Positions 10,439-23,432 of a stretch of 64,000 nucleotides of DNA are shown one piece after another. The notes beneath the pieces were generated by a model. It saw only the letters and a program-made list of their open reading frames with translations. It did no database searches and was not told the origin of the DNA. Numbering within the stretch: the first letter of the stretch is position 1; the number at the start of each line of letters is the position of its first letter. Position numbers and translations under genes: made by a program. The stretch is from Selaginella moellendorffii (taxonomy: Eukaryota > Plantae > Lycopodiophyta). The stretch is taken from assembly GCF_000143415.4 (NCBI RefSeq), contig NW_003314419.1:153941-217940 (forward strand), given 5' to 3'.

Positions 10439-11097
10439 GCTTATAATGGCGTGTGCCCTCATGCCATTTACTTGATCACCAAATACCTTTTTCCCTTTGC
10501 ACTAGTATATCTTAATACCGGTCTGAGAAATAGAATGGCATGTGCCCTCAGGCCTTTTACTAAATCACCTTTGAAAGAAATGCAAGCCTCTATGTCGTAA
10601 AAAAAAGGTACTAGAGAAATTCCTTAATAATATGAATGTTATTTAGTTTCATAAAAATACACTAAGGGTCAAATGAGTTAAATGACTTCTCCAGACTAGC
10701 AATGCCTCTTGCTACACCTTCACAATTAGATTCGTTAGAAAAAGATAACATTGAATAATATCTAAATGTTCTCACCATTAAGTTATATGTCTGGCTAATA
10801 GGAATGACGTTCATCTTGGAAAGCTCACCACACGCTCAATGAACAAACAAATAGTGTGTGCGCGCATGCCATCGCTCTTCTTTAGCTTCAGATTCGGCTT
10901 GTTCACCTTGACAATGAGATTTATTATACAACCAAATGGACTCAGTCTGGACATAAAGTCACCGCGCTAGTCACCATGCCCCAGATATGTCTAGCCCCTG
11001 GACAAAAAACATATAATTTCACGTCATTTTCAAATACTTGAAAATTTGTACCTAGTCCCATTTTACTGAATAAATCCCACTTTAACGAAATAGAGCA

Positions 11098-12585
11098 TTC
11101 CCCACCAAATCCCTTTCTGCCCATGGCCGTGTTTGCCAACACTGCCACTGAACCAAGGCCCACAGGCCCGACCACTAAGTCCCACGGTCCTCTGGGACTT
11201 CCTCCTCACATGACTGTATCCTTGGTCTCTACACTATAGGACGGCTCCTCTTCCTTTTCACAGTCTGGGACCTTGAGGCAACATTTCGGAACACCGTGGC
11301 CTTACGCGAGCCTCGTGGGTACTTTCCCTGCCTTTCGCCTTTGGGTGCTCTAGCCGTGGGCTTAGAGCGAGGTTCCGTTGAGCCACACCAGGTATCCAAG
11401 TAGGTAGTGCCACCCACACTTGGACTGGGAGCATTGGCTAGTCAATCTCCCGGGGGAACTAAAGCCGGCTCTTGAATACTTCACCAAGCTACCCTACTTG
11501 TCGGTCCTTATTCACTCTAGTCTTGGATTTCCCAGTGGTCAGCTCATCACCCAACACTTGGGTACAGCCTTCCTGGGCCAAACTAGCCTTTCCTGGCCAA
11601 ACTGGCTCCACTATAGTCCTCCCCCTATTATACTTTTGGAGCCCACCAAACCCCCTAGGGTCTGGGAGACGAATGCTTTAGGCTTTCACCCTCTTAGACT
11701 CGAACTCAGACTCAGACTCGGACTTGAACTCGGACTCAGACTTGGACTTGAACTCGGACTCGGACTCGAACTCGAACTCGGACTCGGACTCGGGCTCAGT
11801 CTCGGTCTCGGCCTCGGTCTCGGTCTTGGTCCCAATCTCGATCTCGATCTCGGTCTCGATCTCGGTCTCGGTCTCGGTCCCGGTCTCGGTCTCGACCTCG
11901 GACTCCATCTCGGATTCCATCTCGGGTCCATCTCGGACTCCATCTCGGTCCATCTCGGACTCCATCTTGGGTCCATCTCGGACTCCATCTTGGGACCATC
12001 TCGAACTCCATCTTGGAATCCATCTCGGACTCCGTCTCGGTCCATCTCGGACTCCATCTTGGGTCCATCTCGGACTCCATCTTGGGACCATCTCAAAATC
12101 CATCTTGGAATCCATCTCGGACTCCGTCTCGGTCCATCTCGGACTCCATCTCGAACTCCATCTCAGTCCATCTCGGACTCCATCTCGGTCCATCTCGAAC
12201 TCCATCTTGGGTCCATCTCGGACTCCATTTCGGACTCCGTCTTGGACTCCATTTTGGACTCCGTCTTGGACTCCATCTCGGACTCCATCTCAGACTCTGT
12301 CTCGGACTCCATCTTGGACTCCGTCTCGGACTCCATCTCGGGTCCATCTCGGACTCCATCTCGTGTCATGTGTTGGTCCTTTTGGGTCCCTTTTTAGAGC
12401 CTTGCTTATTGCTTGCTTCGTGCTCATTCCTCGAGCACTTTGTTGGGAGTTCCACTCCCGCTCTCGACCTTTCAAGTCGGAGCTTTTAGTCCAAATGCGT
12501 TACACTTGTTTGGCTTTCGCTTTGGCCACTACCATGTGGCGCCCTTCCGGCTTCACTTTGGGGCCTAGGGATTTTGTGTCTCATA
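11098..12585 (-). mobile_element. Truncated/solo LTR of the satellite-bearing family (homologous to the LTRs at 22045-23655 and 26767-28275)
   Basis: Colinear with ~22445-23655 and ends in the same gggat(t)ttgtgtctcata terminus. Confidence 0.85.
11694..12362 (+). repeat. CTCGGA/CTCGGT hexamer and CTCGGACTCCAT 12-mer tandem array inside the LTR
   Basis: Directly visible; it produces the spurious GL/RD/SISD ORFs. Confidence 0.95.
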
Positions 12586-12629
12586 CTGTAGTCATAATTG
12601 TGATACTGTCCTTTCTAGGAGTAGATAGT

Positions 12630-13452
12630 TGTAAGCCACAAATTTTTCCTTCCCAATTTGCCACTTTACCTCGTCTATCCGACCAACACTGCCTTGGCTT
12701 TTAGCTAAGTTCCCTCGCCAAGGTTCTCACCTATTGTACCAGCTCCTAGTTGGTTCTACTTGGTTTCAGCTACTCACTGCACGAGCAACAGAGTGTTAGC
12801 CATTCATCCATGGATTCCCAAATCTCTCCCAATCCCCCTCCCCAGGTTAGACTGGACTTAAGGTTCGGTTACACTCCCCACAGGCACAAGCAGCCAAACA
12901 CACTAAGCCTCCTGGTTCCTAACACCCCTTGGTATAACAAGACTTGATCATGGGACCCTCTAAATCCCAATCTGAAACACTTGCTTTGGGACGTTGGGGC
13001 GCAACACCGTGGCCTAATGGCCTGGTATGGGTACCTATACCCCCCCCCCCCCACCTCCATCTCGAAGGGAAAGCCCAAGCCCCTAGGAAGGGCAAGGACC
13101 AATGAGCCACAAGGTACTCAAGTGGGGCACCACTCCACATGAGCCGGGAGCACCATAGTCAGTTTCCATTCCGGGAGTGGGAGTTGCTCTTGAGCACTTC
13201 CTTGGGTGGCCCTTCCGGCACCACTTGAGTCCTAACGCAAGGAGGAGGGTACTCCACCAACTAGAGCAGCATGGAGCTTGGGCTTAGACCCAAGCCAGAC
13301 GCAGAACAAGAAGCGACACAGCCCAGCGGGAGCCAAATTAATGTCTCAGGTGGTCAAACATGCATTCCAACCACTATCTCTACTATACATTTGGAACCCC
13401 CCATAGCCCCCCGCCCCCCCCCTTGAGGAACACACGCTTTGGGCTTTCACCC
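12630..13452. mobile_element. Truncated related LTR
   Basis: Begins tgtaagccacaaatttttcc (compare tgtaagcgactaatttttcc at 22045) and contains ctttgggctttcaccc, shared with the other LTRs. Confidence 0.5.
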
Positions 13453-13575
13453 CAAGCCTCCCTTGATATCAGGAGTTAGTCTCTGGGACAAGCTCAAAAC
13501 TTACTAAATATGGAATGGTGCTAGATTGCGAATTTGGATACGGGACGAACACCATTGTGTTCAGGCCAATCTCTA

Positions 13576-16500
13576 CATTCCGTAGATGTGCCAAATGAGC
13601 AAATCTAGACTCTTTCCATAAATAGCATTTGGGACCGAAATGAGACTAACACAAAGGGCATGATAGTGAGGGTGTTTAGCAAACACGTTAAGCCATCATG
13701 TAGCAAATATTAAGGGACCAATCTCAATATTGCAGGGGTTCTTGATACTAACAAGTGCAAGCCAATGATAGGTGTTTTTCAAACCAGGCCGAGTATGCTC
13801 AACAAGAAACACATAGGGTTCCTACCTTATGTTTATCCAATCTAAGTACACGATCATTGACCAGTTTCTCAACTAGCTCAAGTGGGAAACTGATAACAGG
13901 TCTAGCAATACCAACCTCCTGCCATCGTGGCAGTAAGGTAAGAGTGTCTGTAAGGACTAGCCGACAAGTAACTTTCGATACCCAAAGTCACATTCGCGAC
14001 ACTCTCCCCCGCTAGGGAAGATCGACGTCCTCGTCGATACATACTCGAGTCTAGAATACTGCCAAGGAAACAACTCCAAAAAAAGTTCACGGTACTCACA
14101 CTATGTGAGAAATGTACCAACTTAAATGAGTTAGGAGGCAACCTCTTTGTCTAACGCGGATGCACTACCAGCTTAGACACCTTCCAGCCGTCGCCGACAA
14201 GGAAATGACCAATGGAGTCAGCCACCCTTGCTACTTTGGGAGTCACCTGTAAGCAACCAAAGAGAACGACTCGAAAGATGGTCCATGGGGTTCAAATATA
14301 GAGGGAAAAAGGCCCATGAATAAGAGTGCACCCCCTTTTCCAATCAGTTAAGGGTCTTAGGATATTTGGGGTTAAGCGTCCTTAGGTTTGAATAGTACTG
14401 AGCTGGGTGACCTCTTGGGAAGTCCAAACTCAGGAGCTTACATCACCCAACTTACAAAAGTGTGATATGCCCCTGCCCGCACGAACATAGAGAGAGAAGC
14501 CAAAGGCCCCAACCCTCATGAGTAAAGAAACCAAACCCGTTGGTAAGGTTTAAATAGACTACTGTAAACAGGCAGTTAGAGTTGTTTCCACAGTCACGCC
14601 CTTTTAACAGAATAAAGAACATCGATATAGAGGCGAGTGATGTGACCAGCCGACAGTAGCTACCCCATGACTAGAGATTTCACCATGCACACGAAGTGCC
14701 GAAGCCAATCTGCTTATGCTGGCAGAAACTCAAAGATCAATAAATGGACAATATCAAAGTCATAGACAAGGATATCTTAGAGACTTAATTACTAATGATT
14801 AAATCTTAGATTAGAACACAAAAGTATTCCAAGTAAGTTATCATCTAATAAACCAGTAGTATAGTACAGGAACCAGATCACAAGAGTTGGAAAACATAGG
14901 ATGCACTATCCAACAAAATTCAATAGCAAACATATCATCAAGGAAACTCAATGATGAAATTTAACTATCAAAAATGGTAGACAGTATGCCAAACAACCCA
15001 CTAAAGATAACTCAAAGAACATAAAATATCATTGACTAGCAAGCAAAATGCTCGCGAATGTATCACCCAAAGAAAATAACATTCCAACCTATCAGAACTA
15101 ACTCAAGCAATAATCAACAGAACAAAATGAATGCGGAAAGACCAACAAACATTTCTAAGCTAATGAAGAGTATATTTACATCAATGCAAAAGCTAAGCAT
15201 AACGAAGTTATGCTTAACAAGTGATCATCTAATCAATCCTCCATAAATCCATCTATAGCAAGACGTAACTCACATCATAACAAGCACAAAAATAATCATC
15301 AATGATCAATATATTCCAACTCAAATCCAACAAAAGGACTCAAACATTCCAATATTGATCACTAACTCTTCCACTTGTAGAGTTAGCATAGTCCATGATT
15401 AAATCACTTTTCAAGGAAAAGCCAAAGCTCAACCTCTACTAAACAATCTCGTCTAGAACACAACTAACTCAAACTTGCCACTCAGTTCATTTGAACGTGA
15501 ACATAGTTGCTAACTAGCAAATGCACGAATGCTAATAACACAAAGCTACAACCAAATCATCAACACTATCTCTATCGAGACTAATGAAACTCAATATCAA
15601 TCCTAAGGATAAACATCTCATCTCACTTGAATCTCAACATCAATAATATCAATGACAAGGCATCACTTCAATGCCATTAACACCATAACAAAGCTAAAAG
15701 AAAGCAAGAGTGAATCACCACCCAAAACTTCCTAGCAACCAAGCTAACCAAAGTCGGAGATACTTACTCAGTATTTGAGATTAGTTCTTCAGCAAAACTC
15801 AGTTACAGATAACACATCATCAAGGAGTGATTCACCACATCCAAAACTCAATGAAATTCAACACCACGCACTAAACGTAACCAAATGATATCGACAGAGA
15901 TAGAGTTGACATGCCAACATAGAAAACCTATGTAAGTCTAATGACACGATCCTCCGCAACACCATTCAGTAAAGCAAACCTATCACTGCTAAATCATTAC
16001 CGAGTGAAGCAAGTGTCAAAAGTCCTTGGCAAAGTCTACAAGTAATCACCAGTCGCAAAGCAACTAACAATCACCCTTCAACTTGCCTTCACAAGACTTA
16101 AACACTAAACTCGCGCCATCGAGTTATATACTTGTCCAACATGAACGTAATACCCCAGATACGAGATAAAGGTTCATTAACAAACACAAACTAAATGACC
16201 ACTCAAATCCAACTCAACCGCAATAAGCTCACTAACACATCTAGTCAATAGCTTTAAGCATGCTTTGAAGAGGCTAGCTATACATGACCAACACTTACTC
16301 GAAACTAAAGTGAAGACCACGAGATGGACTCATATCAGTACACAACCTCCACTTAAACAAAGCTATAGTATGGGTACCAACATCTCAACTACAAACAACT
16401 AAGTTGGACATCACCATCCTCAGCCAAGGTGCAGGGCCACCAAAACCAAGTCAAGATCAGTGAGAGCTCACTACTCTCATAGAGTCTAATGAAATGCAAG

Positions 16501-18432
16501 GTGCAACCTGCCACCAAGAAAAACGCTACATAAGAAAGGCACAAGGGTCACCCTTCTTAAAAAACTGCAACAGCCACTTTTCTACACCAACTCTAGACTC
16601 TATTCAACTCAATTGCCTTAGCCCCAAAAGTTAGCATCCCTTTCGGGTCGCATCATACAAACTACCTACCAAGGTCTAATCTAACCAAAGTCAACTCCAA
16701 CCCTTTCATTAGTTTGTATTGGCTTAAAAAAACGGAAAGGTTTTTGGACAAAGTGATCAATAGATCAGCCATTGGAAAAACTTAAGAAAATTTGTGGAAA
16801 ATTTTCCATCCTAGACAAAGAATGACTCTCAATCCAGGAATGCAAACTCTCAAGACTCAACCAACTTCCTTCTACCAACAACTTCACATAGGTTCACTTC
16901 AACACTAATTCTCATGACCCATGCTTAAGCATCGAACATCTTTGCCTATACTTCCGACATCCAACACTGATTTTCGCAAAAATGCAAAATGAACATCCAA
17001 GGCTTGATCCCGAAGACCTGAATATCCACATTGTACTAACACTCTTCTTTAATCAACTTCAAGATACAATGTAAAGCTAAAACACTAACAAGAAAAATGA
17101 CATGGAAAATCAAGTTTTAAGGAAAATTCCTCATCACTCAAATCACAATGCTACTTCCACTAACACAAGTGCTAGCAATGTTAATGCTTTAACTACACAC
17201 CTTCTCCATCCAACAATCTACTTCAAGTGCTTAATGGATCAATCGATAAGCTATAGCAAATGAATGCTACAACCTTTTTCAACACTTTAATGGGCAAACT
17301 CAAGAAACTAAGGAACCAACTTAAGCTTAGCATAATGGACCACCATTGAGAATCCAGTCAAAGCTACTACAATGTTACTACGTGCAAGTAGACTAGCTTC
17401 ACCATCTACCACTTTGGGGTTGATCGTCGTTTAACCAAGCAACTTTGTAACCATATTGCTCATTATCACATGGATATGACATAAAAATCACAATGACTTG
17501 ATCATCAATTAAGCAACACTATGAGCAATGCCAATATCATTACTTTAAATATTTATGTGAGTATCAAGTGTCAACTCGATTCGACAAAATGCAACATAAA
17601 TGCCACACTCCACCGATAGAGACTTACAACACTGAACACCACTAACTTTTGTTCACAACACGGACAAGCTCATGCCACTCTCTTTCCAACCAAACTCAAT
17701 ACTAATCCAACACCAAACTACTTAAGGAGCAATATCAAGGTTCCCCGGAAAAGAATTGAGCATTGCAACCCAAGTCTTCCAATAGCAAGTTTAGACAAGA
17801 TGGTTTAGCGCTTCACCGCTATTCATCCCACAACTCACCATTTGTAAGACCATCATCTCCAAGATGCATCAAGGTAGGGTCTCTTGATTGCATAATATGA
17901 ACACGAGCAATGAGTCACACATCGTTGCAAATCATCTCTCTAAGAAGAGAAGATGATTTACGTATTTGATCCTTCATCCCTGATGACTCTCTTTTCGGTC
18001 TCATCTCATTCCGTAGATATGCCAAATGAGCAAATCTAGACACTTTTTATAAATAGCATTTGGGACCGAAATGAGACTAACACAAAGGGCATGATAATGA
18101 GGGTGTTTGGCAGACACGGTAAGCCATTATGTAGCAAATATTGAGGGACTAATCTCAATATCGCGGGGGTTCTTGATACTAACAAGTGCAAGCCAATGAC
18201 AGGAGTTTCTCAAATCAGGCCGAGTATGCTCAACAAGAAACACATAGGGTTCCTACCTTATGTTTGTCCGATCTAAGTACATAGTTATTAACCAGTTTCT
18301 CAACTAGCTCAAGTGGGAAACTGATAACGGGTCTAGCAATACCGACCTCCTGCCATCGTGGCAGTAAGGTAAGAGTGTCCGTAAGGACTAGCCGACAGAT
18401 AATTTTTGATACTCGAAGTCACATTCACGACA
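13576..18432 (-). mobile_element. Decayed LTR retrotransposon (probably Gypsy-type, non-coding)
   Basis: 426-bp direct repeats at 13576-14001 and 18007-18432, both ending in ...cgaca. PPT gggggagag on the minus strand at 14002-14010. No intact ORF; left LTR boundaries unclear. Confidence 0.7.
14248..14442 (+). mobile_element. Solo LTR of a Cassandra-like TRIM containing a 5S rRNA-derived segment
   Basis: TGTAAG...CTTACA termini and a perfect TSD TCACC (14243-14247 / 14443-14447). The segment 14371-14425 (gttaagcgtcc...tagtactgagctgggtgacctcttgggaagtcc) matches the 5S rRNA A-box/IE/C-box region. Confidence 0.88.
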
Positions 18433-21400
18433 GCATGGTATCATTAAATACCATGAATCTAAGCAGTAAGAAAGCTAAGAATGCAGCTAGGAGCATGAAA
18501 GTTGGGGTAAAGAACTTGTTTCAAATGGCAAGAGCATGAATGGATATTCAAGATTTGTGCTTGAGATTGAGCACTTGCCATGTAGTCATGTCCTCCATGG
18601 GGAAGGACATGGCTACACTCTAACTGTTAAAACTATTTTCTACACTAAGAAGCCTTTATGATACTTTTGGCGGTATGGCATAGACCAATTGTGCTCCATA
18701 GAAGGTGCAAGTCCTCCATCAGCTCTAGGCAAAACTTCCTTAAGGATCTAGGGCTATTGGAATTATGGACTAGGTTTCTTTCTTTCTTTGCCAAAGCTTT
18801 AAAGTTATTTTTAATGTGGAGAAGCCCAGCAAATCTTCAGATAAGGAAAGAGAGGTGATATAAGCATAAGCTAAACTACTTCATTAAGGTGGTATACTCA
18901 AGACAGTATCTAACACTGCTTCCTTTGAAGCTTTTGAGTCCAGTCAACATCTTGTACAGCCCTTGAGGCCACCTTCTTTAACTTCGCAGTGGAAGTGTAT
19001 TTGAGCCATTGCTGTGCTAGAGTTTATTCCTCCAATCTGGGTGTTCTTCTATCAACTTTCTCAAAAGTATCCACTTTTGTTTCAGAATTAGAGGTAAATT
19101 CACTAAAGGCTTGAAGTGTCCACTATTTACTGTTGAGAGTAGAGGCAAATTCACCTAGGGCCTCAAGGCTGCAATGCTTGCTTGGCTTCAATCAAAACTT
19201 GTCTGGGTAAGCTATGATAATTTAAATATGTTAAATCTATTAACCACTGAAGTAATACAAGTTCAGGAAATATTATTAGAACCTAAAAAATGAATAAATA
19301 TTAATTCACTGAATCATTAAAGTATATTCTTACTTCAGAAAACTAATTTACATTTACAGAATACTATATCTACCTCCCATCAGGTCTTGGATCCCTGATT
19401 TGTTTTTCTGCTGGGATTCCTGCTAATATTTATTTAATATTTTCATTTATTTTTAAATAATTACAAATTAAAAGCACATTAATTATTTTTAAACTTGATT
19501 TCTCTTATAAAAGGCTTTGTGGTTATTATTACTCTTATAGATTTTATAGATGCTCATGATAAATCTTAGTAGCATATAATATACACTAATTTATTCTATG
19601 TTGCACTATTAGATATAGCTTTTCTATCCCAATAAAGTGTTTTCAAAGACTTATTTTGGTCTAGGCCAGTGGAGCTGGATTCCTTGCTTGTATACCTTAA
19701 ATCATTTTCCTTTGTTACATTGTGCAACAAGATTCAGCAAGCTGGGTTGTGCTGCAGCATGAAGTGCATGTGTTCTTTAGTCATCATGTACCTGTAAAGC
19801 TCAGGAGCTCACATATTATCAAAAAGTTATAGGGTCATGCTCTGTCCAAGTTTTCTCACCTTTAAATAATGGTTGAGCAGCGTTGTGGTCCATGATTAAA
19901 TCCTTCTATAGGCTTTCTTTTGTTAGTGAAGCATTCATCTGTGTGCAAAGTTGGGATGCAAGCACCTAAAATGAAAAGGTTGGGTTTTTAATTGGTTTCA
20001 GATGATGGAAGGCCAAGTTTACCTTGCCAAGTTCCACACTCCATTGATCAAAGGAGTTGATTCCCCAGATACCATGACCTAGTGCTCATACAATGCTAGA
20101 AGCTGGCCAACTATGTATGGCTTTAGAGTTGGTAGCAGTATGCTCAAGGCTGGACGGTTGTCGATGAATTTTTGCAAGCTTTCACCTAGCATGCTAGGTA
20201 ACTATAGAGCAGCAAGGAAAGAACTTTGAGGAACTTACTTTGTGAGGAATCAAATAATCTGGGACACCTTCCGCTTGAAGTTCCTTGAGGATCTGAAGAA
20301 AGAAACATTTAGACAGTGAAAGAATACGAGAGATTCCTTACTGACCCTACCATAAGCCAACATGTCTGCTTGGGGTAAAAAAGTACACAAGTTTGTGCCA
20401 AACCAGATGCCAAATTCTGAATTATAGTCTTGTGTGAGAGGAAAAACAAGGAGAGAACTAACAGCTCTAACCATTCATCTGCTCAATTCTCACAACCTGG
20501 CGGGATGCTAGCATCAACACCCATTGCTTCGCACCGCTTGTAATACCTATTTATTTATAAATAGCCATACATTCTTTGAAAGATATTTGCTTTAATTAGT
20601 GAAATAGCAAATGAAATCTATTTAGCCAATGTCAATCTTGGTAAATAGCAAATAAAAACTACACAAACCTCTTAACTTATTTTGAAGAAGTACATCTTTG
20701 AGTACCAAACCATAGTTTACTTTCTTGGCCAAGCAAATTCACTACTGAGACAATAAAAAAAACTACTGTACTCTCCAACAAGCCTAGGATTTCTATATAG
20801 CTCTTCCAATGATAACCCAACTGTTAGGCACTAGCTTTAACCATATGGTCAACATCAGTCAAAGGGAAGCTCAAGGGTACATTAAAGCATGTTAGGTTAA
20901 AGAACTCAACCTACCCTAGGGCTCACGGTGGAGTGGTAGCATAATGGAACTTTTGAGGTAGCTCGGGGGTGGTTGGGTGGTGAGGAACCTCAAGAGGAGG
21001 CATAGCATAGTCTAGAGAGACTAGATCTTTACCTTTTTGCACTAGATCATAATATTGGTATTAGAGAAGATGGTTGTGATGGCCCACCAAGTTGAATGCT
21101 AGAATCCTATTGTTGATGGTGGTGCTAATGATAGTGTTGATGAAGCTATGGAGGTTTGGACTATTCAAGATATTATTCTTGTGAGCTTTAAATCAAAATT
21201 AGCAAGAGATGCAAGACAAGATGTTTGGCATGATGGACACCATGCATGAGTGTGTTGAGGCACTCAAAACTAAATATAGTGGCACTCCAAGTAAGCATTC
21301 CTTGGTAGATCAACTCAAAATTCCAACCTTTTCTAGTGATGGTGGTGTGAACGAATGTTTAGCTTGGCTAACCAATGTGAAGAAGTTCTTGGCTATTAAG

Positions 21401-23037
21401 GGAACTTCAAATGTAAAGGCTTTAATAGCTATTCCAATGATTTTGTGTGATACTAGTCTTCAATGGTGGAATTGGCTTGAGGAGTTTCGTGTTGTGGATA
21501 AGAAACCACCAGTGTTTACCATAGATGAGTTTGAGGCTGCTTTTCATTTACATTTTTCCCCTCACTATAACATAAATGCTCGCATAGAACTTTAACATTT
21601 TCAACAAGGGAAAATAACTCTTGGGGACTATATTGAGAAGTTTATTAGCTTGATTAGCTGTGTTCCCACAAGGGATCCAGATCAAAACAAGTCTTACTTC
21701 ATTGATGGTCTTCATAGTGAGAGCATGCAATAACACTTGTGTCATTCTCAGCCTACAAAGAGTTTGGAGGAGCTCTTTGATGTGGCTTGTCGACTTGATA
21801 ATGACAAGCACAAGTCTCACAAGCATTCCAGGAGTCCTTCTATCGAGAATCATCGTGATGATCACTATGGACACAAGGATGGGAACAAGCATCACAAGCT
21901 AAAGTATGTGGTAACTACTTTGGATGTAAAGGGGTCAAAGAAGCAAAAGTTCTTTATGAAGAATTATAGACAAGGTTATTATCATTGTGGCAGACTTGGA
22001 CACTACAAGATTGATTATTCACAGTTGAAGAACAAGTAGCAGGGTGTAAGCGACTAATTTTTCCATTATACTTTAGTCACTTAACTGCACCTCCGACCAC
22101 TTGGAGGAGTCTCATTCAAAACCTCCATAAGTCCCATTCAGAACTTGGGGCTTGCTAGCCCCGCGAATGGCATCCACGCCACTCAACTTTTGCACTTGGT
22201 CCAAGTGCTCCACGTGTCCGATCCCATGACCGACACCCCAAGGTACCACTGACATACCAGCCTGTTACGCTAGGCCATGCCCATTCACCTTGGTCACATC
22301 AGTGGTCTAACACCACCTGCGTTACAATTCCATCTCTCAAAAACTAGGCCATCCATCCATGAGTGGCTATCCTAGATCCACTCCATAACATCCTCAAGAT
22401 GCCTGCAGACATGGGGAATAACCTTCCCCAATGTCTCCTTTCCGGTCCCCACCAAGTCCCTTCCTGTCCATGGCCGTGTTCACCAACACTGCCACTGGAT
22501 CAAAGCCCATAGGCCCGACTACTAAGTCCAACTGTCCTCTAGGACTTCCTCACTATGTGACTGTGTCCCTTGTCACCACACTAGAAGGCTACTCCTCTTC
22601 CTTTCCACAGTCTGGGACTTTGGGGCAACATTTCGGAACACCGTGGCCCTACACGGGCCTCGTAGGTACTCTCCTCGCCTTCTGCCTTTGGGTGCTGTAG
22701 CCATGGGCTTAAAGCAAGGTTCTGTTGAGCCATACCAGGTATCCAAGTAGGTAGTGCCACCCACACTTGGATTGGGAGCATCGGCCAGTCGATCTCCCGG
22801 GGAAACTAGAGCCGGCTCTTGAACACTTCACCAAGCTACCCCGCTTGTTGGTCCGTATTCACTCTAGTCTTGGACTTCTCAGTGGTCAGTTCATCACCCA
22901 ACACTGGGTCTGGCCTTCCTGGGCCAAACTGGCCTTTTTTAGCCAAATTGGCTCCACTGCAATCCTCCCCCTTACTATACTTTTGGAGCTCACCAAAACC
23001 CTAGGGTCTAGGAGACAAACACTTTGGGCTTTCACCC

Positions 23038-23103
23038 TCTCAGACTCAAACTCGGAGTCGGAGTCGGACTCGGACTCAGCCTCGGCCTCGGTCTCGGTCC
23101 CGA

Positions 23104-23138
<35 letters not shown>

Positions 23139-23432
23139 ACCTCGGACTCCATCTCGGGTCCTTCTCAAACTCCATCTCGGATTCCATCTTGGGTCCATCT
23201 CGGACTCCGTCTCAGTCCATCTCAGACTCCATCTCGGACTCCATCTCGGGTCCATCTTGGACTCCATCTCAGACTCCATCTCGGTCCATCTTGGACACCA
23301 CCTCGGACTCCACCTCGAACTCCAACTCGGGTCCATCTCGGACTCCAACTTGGGTTCATCTCGAACTCCATCTCAGACTCCACCTCGGACTCCAACTCGG
23401 GTCTATCTCGGACTCCATCTCGGAGTCCACCT
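23038..23432 (+). repeat. CTCGGA/CTCGGT/CTCCAT tandem array in LTR
   Basis: Directly visible. Confidence 0.9.

Larger units (their letters stand above)
231..10873. repeat. About 26 dispersed copies of a 24-bp palindrome, consensus AATGGCRTGWGGCCWCAYGCCATT
   Basis: Copies start at about 231, 422, 563, 2038, 3315, 3375, 3452, 4225, 4360, 4519, 4598, 5455, 5527, 6126, 6224, 6294, 8140, 8197, 9539, 9685, 9845, 9925, 10038, 10445, 10534 and 10850. Some are degenerate. Confidence 0.92.
1..10911. mobile_element. Large DNA-transposon-like unit (divergent ParB-MTase-like gene and DDD transposase) delimited by a shared palindromic motif; termini not identified
   Basis: A transposase and a divergent cargo gene are both present, and the same 24-bp palindrome occurs throughout 231-10873. 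The left end lies outside the window and the right end abuts LTR sequence. No TIR or TSD was seen. Confidence 0.6.

Noticed and set aside
231-10873. Palindromic repeats as a CRISPR array
   Set aside because: Spacing is irregular (tens of bases to over 1 kb), the copies lie in spliceosomal introns and CDS, no cas genes are present, and the context is eukaryotic.
10920-11097. Terminal inverted repeat of the palindrome-bearing element
   Set aside because: No partner end is present in the window and no TSD can be tested, so it cannot be supported.
11420-12704. Long GL/RD/SISD low-complexity ORFs (also 22767-23671 and 27522-28422)
   Set aside because: By-products of hexamer/12-mer tandem arrays in LTRs, open in several frames on both strands.
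14371-14425. Functional 5S rRNA gene (also ~29030-29085 and ~29430-29485)
   Set aside because: Only ~55 nt of the internal promoter region is present, embedded in LTRs with TSDs. It is Cassandra-type, not rDNA.
19400-19430. Fourth Helitron end (ctgctgggattcctgctaat)
   Set aside because: The left hairpin arm and CTAG are degenerate; insufficient on its own.
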